This document shows, in pieces, positions 39,314 to 49,351 of a DNA stretch of 64,000 nt. The stretch spans positions 67,925 through 131,924 of the forward strand of contig JBMFRX010000002.1 of assembly GCA_049967855.1 (NCBI GenBank). The letters are read 5' to 3'. This DNA comes from Caldisericaceae bacterium (GTDB lineage: Bacteria; Caldisericota; Caldisericia; Caldisericales; Caldisericaceae). Below the pieces are notes generated by a model, which saw only the letters and a program-made list of their open reading frames with translations, ran no database searches and was not told the DNA's origin. Position numbers and translations under genes: made by a program. The number at the start of each line of letters is the position of its first letter. The first letter of the stretch is position 1.

Positions 39314-40717
39314 ATGAAAAAATTAAGTAAACAAATTCTAGTATTTGTGGTGTTTCTAATGGTGATAATGTTATTTCCGTTTTCGAAGGTTCTTGGCTGT
39401 GAAGTAAGCATAGTCCCTTCTAAAACCGAAGTGTCATTGAATGAAGTTATTTCAGTTGACATTCTGAGGACTCAAACACATAAAACTTGTGTACTTCCTC
39501 TTGATGCTACTAAAATTGAAATAACAGGCGGGGAAATAGTTAAGGATTACCCATGGATTGAAGGAAACCCTGACAAAAAAACTATAGAAGTCAAATTTAC
39601 ACAGGTAGGTGATGGACTGATAACAGTCACAAGGGATTGCCCAAAGGGTGGTTTGATGGTATGGACTGCTACGGTTAAGGTAGTGAGCTCTGGTGTGTCC
39701 AGTCAAACGACCCAACCATCTGGCTCTTCAGCCCCACCTGCAACAAATACGGACAATCCTGCAAACACAAATTCAACGAATCAAAACTCTGCATCATCCC
39801 AACCTCAGACGTCGGTGTCCAATAGTAGTCAATCTGATACTACTAGTTTACAACAGAATACCGAAAAAGATAGTTCTCTCGCTACTGGTAATGTATCCAC
39901 TGTTCAGGATAGTTAAACACAAGACAAAAAAATTAATCCTCTTGAAAATATCTTTTCGACACAAAATATTCTCTATATTTTGCTTCTTGTCTTGGGAGTT
40001 ATACTTTTTGTTAAGAGAAAGCTCAAGTTGAGATATTTACTTCTTCTTGTTTCCCTTGGAGTACTTGGTTTCTATTTTGGAGGATGTCCCTGCCCTATGG
40101 GGTTTGTAGAAAAAATCTGGCTTACTCCTTTTGGGTCGACTCTTTCAATATCCATTCTTGTAATGCTTGGAATTATTACAGTAGTGACTCTCTTTAAGGG
40201 CAGAATATTCTGCGGTTGGGTTTGCCCACATGGTGCCCTTCAGGAATTTCTATTTCAGAAGAACGTTGCTATAAAAATAAACCCAAAATTAGACAAGCGG
40301 CTTAAGTATGTGAAATATTTCGTTCTTATTTTTGTAATTGCTTTTGCATTGGTAACTGGTACCAGCATACTCTGCAAAATTGAGCCTTTTAAAGGAATAT
40401 ATAATCTCACTGCTACTGGAATTGGGCTCGGTCTTATTATTATTACACTTGTAGCCTCAGTTTTCATTTATAGACCGTGGTGCAGGTATATTTGTCCTTT
40501 TGGTGCGTATCTTGGAGTAGTAAGCTGGATTGGTGGCAAGTTGCATCTAAACAGGACCAAAATCACAAACAAATGTCTTCTCTGCAAAAACTGTGTGAAA
40601 GCCTGTCCTGCGAATTCAATCATTGATGAAGGTAACAGTTTCGAAATAGATTACAAAGAATGCTTTACCTGTGGAGAGTGTATGGATAATTGTCCACAAA
40701 ACAGAAAAAAATCCTGA
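39314..40717 (+). pseudogene. Secreted domain + Ser/Thr linker + NapH/MauN-like 4Fe-4S membrane protein, interrupted by one in-frame TAA (39914-39916)
   Basis: ORFs 39260..39916 and 39980..40717 share a frame; after the TAA the frame stays open (TQDKKINPLENIFSTQNILYILLLV). C-terminal GCPCP, CGWVCP, CRYICP and two CxxCxxCxxxCP motifs. Confidence 0.75.
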
Positions 40718-40784
40718 GCAACTGTATAATTATTATGCTTTGTTTGAATACCCAAACAAAATGCTATAATTTGTATAAAAGGCG

Positions 40785-41405
40785 ATGGATAAGAACTTAT
40801 GGATTTGGTTACTTTTCTTGTTTTCTTATTTTATTGGAGCGGTGCCCAATGGATTTATTATTACCAGGTATTTTTACCATTTTGATGTACAGAAACGGGG
40901 CAGTGGGAATATTGGAGCAACTAACATATTTGTTACTTTGGGTTTCACTCCTGCCCTTGTTACGTTTTTGCTTGATGCTCTGGTGGGAGCTGCACCTGCC
41001 CTTATTGCAAAGTCTCTTTATCAATCCATATACATTATTGCATTTGCAGGGGCAATTGCAGTATTCGGGCATAATTATTCAATATTTATGAAAGGATTTA
41101 AAGGTGGGAGGGGAGTTGCCACCGCTTTTGGTGCAGGACTTGTTATTGCCCCAAAAGTTACGCTCATTTGTTTAGCCATTTTTGTTTTATTGTTACTTTT
41201 TTCGCGGCATGTTGCTGTTGGGTCTATTTTTTCTATAGCAAGCTCACCATTGCTTGCTCTATTACTTTATAAGGACGTCTATCTTTCGTTAATTATCACT
41301 ATTTTTCCTGTACTTGTGATAATTTCTCATGCAAAGAATATTAAACATCTGATTGACGGTACCGAGATGCGAGTAGAAAAGCAAGTAATAAAGAGGAAAG
41401 AATAG
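40785..41405 (+). CDS. plsY: Glycerol-3-phosphate acyltransferase
   Basis: SYFIGAVP, GSGNIGATN, GHNYSIF, FKGGRGVAT, HAKNIKHLIDGTE. Confidence 0.93.
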   Translation: MDKNLWIWLLFLFSYFIGAVPNGFIITRYFYHFDVQKRGSGNIGATNIFVTLGFTPALVTFLLDALVGAAPALIAKSLYQSIYIIAFAGAIAVFGHNYSIFMKGFKGGRGVATAFGAGLVIAPKVTLICLAIFVLLLLFSRHVAVGSIFSIASSPLLALLLYKDVYLSLIITIFPVLVIISHAKNIKHLIDGTEMRVEKQVIKRKE

Positions 41406-41455
41406 ATTCTCACATTTTCAATTATAATTGATATAAAACTAAAAGGAGGGCTTCT

Positions 41456-42145
41456 ATGAAAAGAAGTGGAAAAGCAGTAGTGTGGATTGTTGTGGTGGCT
41501 GTTCTGTTTTTAATTGCAGGTTTTGTGGTTTTTTCTTTCACAGGAAAAGCAAAGGACTTGGGCGTGAGATACACAAGTAAGGACTTTCAGAATGTTTCCA
41601 AAAAGGCAGGGGTGATTAAGGATGCTATTCCTGTCTCAGGGAAGAGAAGTGATTATACTTACAACTGGTCAGGCAAAGTGAACGTAAATGCAGTTTATTC
41701 TCAAGAGGAGTTGACAGCCTGGTTTGATTCAAATAGACCTTCCTACTCGCCTTTCAAAAATGTCCAAATCAAGATAAATAATGATGGCACAGTTGAGGCA
41801 AGCGCAAACGTTGATTTTAAATCCATAGCTGATTATTACCTTACGCCGGAGGAAAGAAAATATGTTCCTTCTTTTATACCTTCAGCTGCCCCGATGTATG
41901 CAAAGGGGACACTGTCTGTTACAAATAATGTTGTGCATTTAAACCCTGAGAAGATTACTATTGGTCTAGTACCAGTTCCTTCAAACCTTCTTACACCAAC
42001 GAATGTGTCATACCTTGAAACAAAAATAGAGTCACTGATTGCAGAAACCCCAAACCTTTACGTTGAGACTTTGAAAGTTCAAGATGGTAAGATTGTCTAC
42101 AAGGGCACTGGTCCAAAGACATTAACAAGGGTAAAAAAGCCTTAG
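41456..42145 (+). CDS. Membrane-anchored hypothetical protein
   Basis: N-terminal TM/signal; SD AGGAGG; no motif recognised. Confidence 0.7.
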   Translation: MKRSGKAVVWIVVVAVLFLIAGFVVFSFTGKAKDLGVRYTSKDFQNVSKKAGVIKDAIPVSGKRSDYTYNWSGKVNVNAVYSQEELTAWFDSNRPSYSPFKNVQIKINNDGTVEASANVDFKSIADYYLTPEERKYVPSFIPSAAPMYAKGTLSVTNNVVHLNPEKITIGLVPVPSNLLTPTNVSYLETKIESLIAETPNLYVETLKVQDGKIVYKGTGPKTLTRVKKP

Positions 42146-42199
42146 TGTTTTAAGATTCAATAATTAGTGGTAAAATTTTGTTAGTGTTTAGGAGGCATT

Positions 42200-43375
42200 A
42201 TGATTAATATAAAAAGAGTAATTGTAATAGTGCTGGATAGTGTTGGAGCAGGAGAGTCCTTTGATGCTTATGATTATGGAGATTGGGGTGCAAATACCCT
42301 TCTGCATACATTGCAGTATAATCCCTCGCTTGAGCTTCCAAACTTCGACAAATTGGGCTTAAAAGGTGTTGTGATGAACGAAAATGGAAACTATGTTTCA
42401 TCATATGGAAGGCTGAGGGAAGATTCTGTTGGTAAGGACTCAATTAGTGGACACTGGGAAATGATGGGAGTTATACTTACGAAAGCTTTTCCTACATATC
42501 CGAACGGTTTTCCGCAGGATGTAATAGAAAAGTTTGAGTCTCTTACTGGCAAGAAGGCACTTGCAAATAAACCTGCCTCAGGCACAGAGATTATAAAAGA
42601 GTTCTATGAAGAGCATAAGCGCACAGGTAATCCTATTGTTTATACCTCTGCGGACTCAGTGTTTCAAATTGCAGCTCATACCGATGTCATTCCTCTCGAA
42701 GATCTATACAAAATGTGCGAGATTGCAAGAACCAAAATATGCATAGGAGAACACGAAGTGGCAAGAGTTATTGCTCGCCCTTTCATCGGGACTCCAGAAT
42801 CTGGATTTGTACGTACTGCCGATCGAAGAGACTATGCAGTTAAACCTCCTTACGCTACGATGCTTGATAAGGTTAAAGAAAGCGGGCGTCAGGTTGTAGG
42901 TATAGGAAAAATACACGACCTTTTTGCAGGTACTGGTCTGACAAAGAGTATTCATACTGAAAACAATTTTGACGGTATAGAAAAAACAGTACAAGAGATT
43001 AATCAAGACTACGAAGGCATTCTCTATACTAATCTTGTCGAATTTGATGCCAATTGGGGACACAGAAGAAACTTTGTTGCATATGGAAATGGGTTGAAGG
43101 ATGTTGATGACAGGTTACCCTTAATTTTAGGAACTATGAAAGAGACAGATTTAATAATTTTCACGGCAGACCATGGGTGTGACCCGACATTCAGAGCCCA
43201 CACCGATCATACTCGTGAGTATGTTCCTCTGATAGTTTATGGAAAACATGTCAGTGAGAACATAAACCTTGGATTGAGAGGTTCTTTTGCTGATATCAGT
43301 GCGACAATTGCAGAGATATTTGGAATACCAAAGATAAATGGAGAGAGTTTTCTGAAACAGATCTACAAAGAATGA
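42200..43375 (+). CDS. deoB: Phosphopentomutase
   Basis: VLDSVGAG, GKDSISGHWE, YTSADSVFQIAAH, RVIARPF, GHRRN, TADHGCDP, DHTREYVP. Confidence 0.96.
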   Translation: MINIKRVIVIVLDSVGAGESFDAYDYGDWGANTLLHTLQYNPSLELPNFDKLGLKGVVMNENGNYVSSYGRLREDSVGKDSISGHWEMMGVILTKAFPTYPNGFPQDVIEKFESLTGKKALANKPASGTEIIKEFYEEHKRTGNPIVYTSADSVFQIAAHTDVIPLEDLYKMCEIARTKICIGEHEVARVIARPFIGTPESGFVRTADRRDYAVKPPYATMLDKVKESGRQVVGIGKIHDLFAGTGLTKSIHTENNFDGIEKTVQEINQDYEGILYTNLVEFDANWGHRRNFVAYGNGLKDVDDRLPLILGTMKETDLIIFTADHGCDPTFRAHTDHTREYVPLIVYGKHVSENINLGLRGSFADISATIAEIFGIPKINGESFLKQIYKE

Positions 43376-45717
43376 CTCCAAAATCCATAATAGGCCCTCT
43401 TATTCTTGAGTCCAAAAGAGGTTACAAAAACGACTCCGTGATTGGAGGGCTTGACAAATTTGTTTTAAATACTGTAAAGCAAATTGAGTGTGATGAGCCG
43501 AGCATAAAAAAAATCAAAGAGATTTTTTCTCTTTATAGCGAAATGTCCACTTTCGAGAGACAAAATGCTATAGATGAAGCTTTGCAAATTCTTAAAGCCT
43601 GTTCACAGCCTTTAGGCGATGCTGCGGATAAACATATGTCGGTTTCTCTAGCTTCACTTTTTAGACCGATTGATACTGCCAGAGGGATTGGACCAAATCT
43701 TGCAAAAACCTTCGGTAGACTAGGAATAGAAACAGTTTACGATCTAATGTATTATTTCCCACGAGATTATCTTGACCTAAGAGAGCTAAACCATATCGGT
43801 TCAATGAACTCTGGTGATTCAGTCGTTCTGAAAGTAAAGATAGTAAACTTCACAGAAAGAAAAGCAGGAAGAGTAACTATAACAACTGCTTTAATAACTG
43901 ACGGAACAGGTTTTGCAAATGCAGTATGGTTTAATCAGAGATATATAACCAAGAATCTCAAAGAAGGTATAGTAGTTCTGTTGTCAGGAAAAGTACAGTT
44001 TGCTTATGGAAAATGGGAGATTATATCGCCAGATTACGAGATTTTTGAGGAAGGCAAAGAATCTGTTCACACCTTGAGAATAATTCCGATTTATTCGCTT
44101 ACTCAAGGTGTATCTCAAAAATTAATTCGAAACAGGATAAAACAGCTAATAGATGTGTATGGGAAAAGTGCAATTGACTTCATTGACAGCTCAGTACTGA
44201 AGAAGTACAAATTCCTGCAACTTGCTGATGCATTGGAGAATGTTCACTTCCCTTCAAGTTTTGAACTTCTTAATAAAGCCAGAGAAAGGCTAATCTTTGA
44301 TGAATTATTTGAACTTGAGTTAATGCTTGGTTCAAGAAGACTTGAAATAAAGAAGCTTACAGGTATAAAGCTTGATACTGGTAAGAATGATATTGAGGAG
44401 TTTGAATCATTTTTGTCTTTCAAGTTGACGGGCGATCAAATTCGAGCTATGAAGGAAATAATGAGTGATTTTACTTCTGGTAAGCCAATGAACAGGCTAT
44501 TGCATGGAGATGTTGGTTCAGGCAAGACTGTTGTTGCTCTTTTTGCTATTTACATTGCAGCTAAGAATGGCTATCAATCGGTGCTTATGTCTCCTACTGA
44601 AATTCTAGCGCAGCAGACTTATAATACAGCAGAAATAATTCTCACTAAGGCTGGTTTGAAGGTTGCCCTTCTGACATCTTCTACATCTCCAAAGGAACGC
44701 AAAGTGATACTCAATAGAATTATCAAAGGCGAGCTTGACTCTCTTTTTGGGACGCATGCTCTCATAGAGAAAGATGTCCAGTTCAGTAAGCTTGGTGTTG
44801 TTATAGTAGATGAGCAACACAGGTTTGGTGTAATGCAGAGAGGAGCGCTGCGTAGCAAAGCTGATTTTCCTCATACACTTGTAATGAGCGCAACTCCAAT
44901 CCCGCGAACTTTAGCCTTGACACTTTATGGAGATCTCGACATAACGCAAATCCGTGAAATGCCAGAAGGAAGAAAGCCTATTTTTACAAAAGTTTTTTTT
45001 GAAAACGAGGACAGGACTGTTTACAATCTTCTTGCAAATGAGTTAAAAGAGGGTAGAAAAGCATACGTAGTTTGTCCTCTTATCGAGGACTCTGATGAAC
45101 TCGAGCTGCAATCTGTTGAGCGAAGGATAGAGGATCTGAAGAACAATTATCTATCAGGTTTTGAACTCGGGATGCTTCATGGTGGGATGTCATCAGAGGA
45201 AAAGAAAAATATAATGGAGGCTTTCAGGTACGGGGATTTGCAGGTGCTCGTTTCTACAACTGTCGTTGAGGTAGGAGTGGATGTTAGCAATGCGACAGTG
45301 ATTGTAATAGAGGATGCTGATAGGTTTGGCCTGGCGACCCTTCACCAGTTGAGAGGGCGTGTTGGCAGGAGTGAATTACAGTCTTATTGCTATCTCATCA
45401 CTCGCAACCCCTCTGAGGAAGCTATTAAAAGGCTGAGAGTGCTAGAAAAAACAAGTAATGGATTTGAAGTCTCCGAAGAAGACCTTAAGTTAAGAGGTCC
45501 TGGTGAGATTCTTGGCACAAAGCAGTCAGGAATTCCTGAACTTAAGTTGGCGAATCTTGTAAACGAAACCGATCTGAGGCTGTTGGAAATAGCACGAGAA
45601 GAGGCCATTAGATTTGTAAACAACGAAGTTGAATGGGAGAAAAATGCTAAAACTGAGTTGTTGAAAATCCTTAAAGAAAAGTTCAAGAACAAGATTTTCC
45701 TTGGAGATGTTGCCTGA
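43372..45717 (+). CDS. recG: ATP-dependent DNA helicase RecG with N-terminal extension
   Basis: MNRLLHGDVGSGKT, DEQHRFGV, MSATPIPRTL, LHQLRGRVGR, DLKLRGPGE. Confidence 0.97.
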   Translation: MTPKSIIGPLILESKRGYKNDSVIGGLDKFVLNTVKQIECDEPSIKKIKEIFSLYSEMSTFERQNAIDEALQILKACSQPLGDAADKHMSVSLASLFRPIDTARGIGPNLAKTFGRLGIETVYDLMYYFPRDYLDLRELNHIGSMNSGDSVVLKVKIVNFTERKAGRVTITTALITDGTGFANAVWFNQRYITKNLKEGIVVLLSGKVQFAYGKWEIISPDYEIFEEGKESVHTLRIIPIYSLTQGVSQKLIRNRIKQLIDVYGKSAIDFIDSSVLKKYKFLQLADALENVHFPSSFELLNKARERLIFDELFELELMLGSRRLEIKKLTGIKLDTGKNDIEEFESFLSFKLTGDQIRAMKEIMSDFTSGKPMNRLLHGDVGSGKTVVALFAIYIAAKNGYQSVLMSPTEILAQQTYNTAEIILTKAGLKVALLTSSTSPKERKVILNRIIKGELDSLFGTHALIEKDVQFSKLGVVIVDEQHRFGVMQRGALRSKADFPHTLVMSATPIPRTLALTLYGDLDITQIREMPEGRKPIFTKVFFENEDRTVYNLLANELKEGRKAYVVCPLIEDSDELELQSVERRIEDLKNNYLSGFELGMLHGGMSSEEKKNIMEAFRYGDLQVLVSTTVVEVGVDVSNATVIVIEDADRFGLATLHQLRGRVGRSELQSYCYLITRNPSEEAIKRLRVLEKTSNGFEVSEEDLKLRGPGEILGTKQSGIPELKLANLVNETDLRLLEIAREEAIRFVNNEVEWEKNAKTELLKILKEKFKNKIFLGDVA

Positions 45718-46295
45718 TGAGAATTGTAAGCGGAATTTTCAGGGGTCGTATAATTTATTCTCCGCCAAAGCATGCAGAAATTAGGCCGACAAGCGATATG
45801 ACAAGAGAATCAATATTTAATGTAGTTCGTTCTAAACTTATTGGTGCGAATTTCCTGGACTTATTTGCTGGTAGCGGAGCAATGGGGCTGGAGGCACTTA
45901 GTGAGGGAGCTAAATTGTCCGTTTTTGTTGATAAAAGCAGCCTTTCGATTGCAACAATAAGAAAAAACATAAAACTACTTGGAGTGGCAGATGAATCAAT
46001 TGTTGTTAAGAAAGATGTTCTTCAATTCCTTGAAAAACCTTACTCAGAGATAGCTGCCACTAAATTTGACCTTATCTTTATTGACCCGCCGTATGCTTCC
46101 AAGCTTGCTAGCCAAACACTTGCTGTTCTTACAAACTCTGATTTGATGAGCGAAGGAGCAATAATCATCGCAGAACACAGTAGTATCGAGCGACTCGAAG
46201 ATACTTACAAGGGAATACATTCGTTTGTGTGTTTCAAAAGAAAGGTTTATGGAACAATTGTTGTTAATTATTTTGAGTACACAAAGGACTTGTAG
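45717..46295 (+). CDS. rsmD: 16S rRNA m2G966 methyltransferase
   Basis: MRIVSG, RPTSD, LDLFAGSG, DPPY. Confidence 0.93.
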   Translation: MRIVSGIFRGRIIYSPPKHAEIRPTSDMTRESIFNVVRSKLIGANFLDLFAGSGAMGLEALSEGAKLSVFVDKSSLSIATIRKNIKLLGVADESIVVKKDVLQFLEKPYSEIAATKFDLIFIDPPYASKLASQTLAVLTNSDLMSEGAIIIAEHSSIERLEDTYKGIHSFVCFKRKVYGTIVVNYFEYTKDL

Positions 46296-46382
46296 CAGTT
46301 TGAAAGGCAAGTGTGAAGTTTGCAAAATTTTTATTTTAGCTGTACAATAGTCAAGTTTGTAAATTTATTTTAGGAGGATTTT

Positions 46383-46757
46383 ATGAACAGAGGAGTCAAG
46401 ATTGTGTTGACTTTTTATTTTATCTTTGTGCTTTTGGTATGTGTTTATGTTCCTTGGAAGGGCAGTCTTGCGATTGCTCAGGGAACAATCCTTATTGGTG
46501 CAAAAGGATATGCCCCCATCTGGTCTTCTACGCTTAACCCCACAAATTATGAAGGGGCCGAAGTTGATTTTGTAAGGATTATTGTAGAGATCATTGGACT
46601 CACAGCCCTATTTGCGATTCCATTTATTTTTACATACAAACCAGAAGATGATTACAGTTATTTTGAGGAACTTGCAGAAGACCTCCCAGAAGGAGAGGAA
46701 GCTAACGAGGAAGCATCTCACGAATCAAATTCTGCCGAAGAAGCTGAAAAAAATTAA
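46383..46757 (+). CDS. Small two-TM membrane protein with acidic C-terminal tail
   Basis: SD AGGAGG; two hydrophobic segments; Glu/Asp-rich tail; followed by a terminator. Confidence 0.7.
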   Translation: MNRGVKIVLTFYFIFVLLVCVYVPWKGSLAIAQGTILIGAKGYAPIWSSTLNPTNYEGAEVDFVRIIVEIIGLTALFAIPFIFTYKPEDDYSYFEELAEDLPEGEEANEEASHESNSAEEAEKN

Positions 46758-46784
46758 AGATTAAAACAACTTAGCAGGATTCTT

Positions 46785-46811
46785 AAGGGGGAAGCTTTTT
46801 CCCCTTTTTTT
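46785..46811 (+). terminator. Intrinsic terminator
   Basis: AAGGGGGAA-GCTT-TTTCCCCTTTTTT. Confidence 0.7.
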
Positions 46812-46829
46812 AATTCGTTTAGAGACCTC

Positions 46830-46885
46830 TTGACTAAAACTGAATTTTTGATAAATTATTAGCAGGTAACTGTTAAGAGTGCTAA
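46830..46885 (+). promoter_or_regulatory. Promoter and CIRCE-like HrcA operator of the dnaK operon
   Basis: TTGACT at 46830-46835, TGnTAAATT, then TTAGCAGGT-N9-GAGTGCTAA at 46859-46885 (consensus TTAGCACTC-N9-GAGTGCTAA). Confidence 0.75.
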
Positions 46886-46899
46886 TTAGGAGGAAAAAG

Positions 46900-47475
46900 A
46901 TGGCTGAAAATGATGATAAAGCGGATATGGTACCTGAAGAGTCGAAATCTGAAACTGTGAAAACTGATGAGCTCTTGAAAGCTTTGAAAGATAAAGACAG
47001 GCTTCTTGAGGAAAAAGAGAACCAGATTGAGAACCTTAAGATTGAAATAATAAAGCTGAAGGAATCAGTACGAAAGGAAGGAGAATTGCTCTCCAGAGAA
47101 GCTGATAGGAAGTTTCGCAAGGAAAAAGGTAATCTTATCAAAGAGTTTCTGGAAATAAACGACAATTTCGAGAGAGCTCTATCTTCAGTTGATCCTTCCG
47201 AAGAACGCTCGAAGGACGGCCTTTTGCTCATTAAGAATCAAATGGATAAGTTTCTCGTCGATGCAGGAGTTAAAGAAATGGATCTTGTTGGTAAAGCTTT
47301 TGACCCGAATCTCTGTGAGATAGGCGAGATTATTTATAGGGATGACGTTGAACCAAATACCATTTTGAAAGTGATGAGGAAGGGCTATTACCTAGATGAT
47401 AGCATATTAAGGACAGCTGTTGTTTCAGTGGCTGTCCATCCCACAGATAATAACACAGAAAATGGAGGTGTATGA
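46900..47475 (+). CDS. grpE: Nucleotide exchange factor GrpE
   Basis: [37 protein letters not shown]; start MAENDD after SD AGGAGG. Confidence 0.92.
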   Translation: MAENDDKADMVPEESKSETVKTDELLKALKDKDRLLEEKENQIENLKIEIIKLKESVRKEGELLSREADRKFRKEKGNLIKEFLEINDNFERALSSVDPSEERSKDGLLLIKNQMDKFLVDAGVKEMDLVGKAFDPNLCEIGEIIYRDDVEPNTILKVMRKGYYLDDSILRTAVVSVAVHPTDNNTENGGV

Positions 47476-49316
47476 ATATGGGAAGAATTATTGGAATTGA
47501 CTTAGGAACGAGTAACTCTGCAGCTGCAGTTATGATTGGTGGAAAGCCAACCATTATACCTTCAGCAGAAGGAGCTACCGTTGCTGGTAAAACAGTTCCT
47601 TCTTATGTTGCTTTTACAAAAGATGGTACTGTTCTTGTTGGAGAGCCTGCCAGGAGGCAAGCTGCCATTAACCCTGAAGCTACGATAAGTGGCGTAAAGA
47701 GGTTAATGGGAAAGAAGGAAAAACTAAATATACTTGGAAAAGAGTATACTCCAGAGCAGATTTCGGCTTTTATTCTTCAAAAGATAAAGAAAGACGCCGA
47801 AGCCTTTCTTGGAGAGAAAATTGATAAAGCAGTAATTACTGTGCCTGCCTATTTTGATGATGACCAGAGGCAAGCTACTAAAAATGCAGGAGAAATAGCA
47901 GGCCTCGAGGTTGTTAGGCTCGTGAATGAGCCAACTGCTGCTGCATTTGCTTATGGCATAGACCGCTCTGACAAAGAACTCAAGATTATGGTGTTTGATT
48001 TTGGCGGAGGCACTCTTGATGTAACTATTATGGACTTTGGCGGAGGAGTTTTCCAGGTTAAATCGACCTCAGGCGACACTCACCTTGGTGGAAGAGATAT
48101 GGATGAAGCTCTTCTTAATTACGTTATAAGTGAATTTAAGCGTGAAAATGGAATTGATCTTGCAAACGACAAGATGGCTGTTCAGCGTTTGAGAGAAGCA
48201 GTTGAAAAGGCTAAAATTGAGCTTTCATCAGTGCTTGAGACTCAAATAAACCTTCCTTTCATTACGGCTGATGCAACTGGCCCAAAGCATCTTGTTATGA
48301 ACATTACAAGAGCAAAGCTTGAATCTCTTGTTGAGCCTATTGTCAACCGTTGCTCAGGACCAATGGAAAAAGCGATAACAGATGCAGGTCTTACGCCTCA
48401 ACAAATTGATAAAATTATTCTTGTTGGTGGACCTACTCGAATGCCTATAGTAAAGAAGTTTATTTCTGATTACACTGGGAAAGAGCCTGAGGGTGGAATA
48501 GACCCTATGGAATGTGTAGCGATGGGTGCTGCAATTCAGTCGGGTATCATTGAGGGTAATGTTAAGAACGTGGTTCTTGTGGATGTAGTTCCACTTTCCC
48601 TTGGCATTGAAACTCTCGGAGGAATGTTTACAAAAATGATTGACAGAAACTCCGCAATTCCTACAACGAAAACCCAAGTATTCACGACAGCAGCTGATAG
48701 CCAGACGAGCGTTGAAGTGCATGTTTTGCAGGGAGAGCGACCTCTTGCAAATGACAACCTTTCTCTTGGTAGATTCATTCTTGACGGTATTGCGCCTGCC
48801 CCACGTGGCGTCCCTCAAATTGAAGTTACCTATGCAGTCGATGAAAATGGTATACTCCATGTAACTGCAAAGGATAAGGCAACAGGGAAAGAGCAGCATA
48901 TCACAGTTACCAACTCTAATAAGCTCTCGAAAGAAGAGGTTGAGAAGATGAAATCTCAAGCAGAGCAGTTTGCAGAGGAGGATAGAAAGAGGGCCGAGGA
49001 AATAGAGGTCAAGAATAATGGAGACACTCTTGTTTATAGTGGCAGAAAGTTTATCAAAGACTATGGCGACAAGATAAAGCCAGAAGACAAAACTGAACTT
49101 GAAACCGAGATTAACGACCTTGAACAGGCTGTTAAGGATAATAATATTCAGAAGATTAAAGATAGTATCGAAAAAGTTAATGGAACAATGAGTAGAATTG
49201 GTGAGCAGATGTATAAGAGTGGAGGAAGTGCTGGGCAACAGCAACCAGGAGATAATTCTCAAAGTAGTGGAGATAACAGTGGGACTGTAGATGGCGAAGG
49301 AACCACTAAACAATGA
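47472..49316 (+). CDS. dnaK: Chaperone DnaK
   Basis: [54 protein letters not shown]. Confidence 0.98.
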   Translation: MNMGRIIGIDLGTSNSAAAVMIGGKPTIIPSAEGATVAGKTVPSYVAFTKDGTVLVGEPARRQAAINPEATISGVKRLMGKKEKLNILGKEYTPEQISAFILQKIKKDAEAFLGEKIDKAVITVPAYFDDDQRQATKNAGEIAGLEVVRLVNEPTAAAFAYGIDRSDKELKIMVFDFGGGTLDVTIMDFGGGVFQVKSTSGDTHLGGRDMDEALLNYVISEFKRENGIDLANDKMAVQRLREAVEKAKIELSSVLETQINLPFITADATGPKHLVMNITRAKLESLVEPIVNRCSGPMEKAITDAGLTPQQIDKIILVGGPTRMPIVKKFISDYTGKEPEGGIDPMECVAMGAAIQSGIIEGNVKNVVLVDVVPLSLGIETLGGMFTKMIDRNSAIPTTKTQVFTTAADSQTSVEVHVLQGERPLANDNLSLGRFILDGIAPAPRGVPQIEVTYAVDENGILHVTAKDKATGKEQHITVTNSNKLSKEEVEKMKSQAEQFAEEDRKRAEEIEVKNNGDTLVYSGRKFIKDYGDKIKPEDKTELETEINDLEQAVKDNNIQKIKDSIEKVNGTMSRIGEQMYKSGGSAGQQQPGDNSQSSGDNSGTVDGEGTTKQ

Positions 49317-49351
49317 TCAACTTGAAATGTTCTTCAGGAAAGGAATGAGAA

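Noticed and set aside
39693..40031. Alternative-frame ORF bridging the split 4Fe-4S gene, suggesting a frameshift at the A7 run
   Set aside because: The two halves are already in the same frame and separated by one TAA, so no frameshift is needed.
41408..41428. TCTCACA-N8-TATAAT upstream of the 41456 gene
   Set aside because: Only one half-site and different spacing, so not counted in the regulon.
46298..46320. CTTCACA...TTTCAAA on the minus strand resembling the direct-repeat operator
   Set aside because: Period is not 11 bp, there is no -10 at N9, and no minus-strand gene lies downstream.
48354..49313. 319-aa ORF antisense to dnaK
   Set aside because: Long antisense frames opposite dnaK are a known codon-pattern artefact; no SD or recognisable motif.
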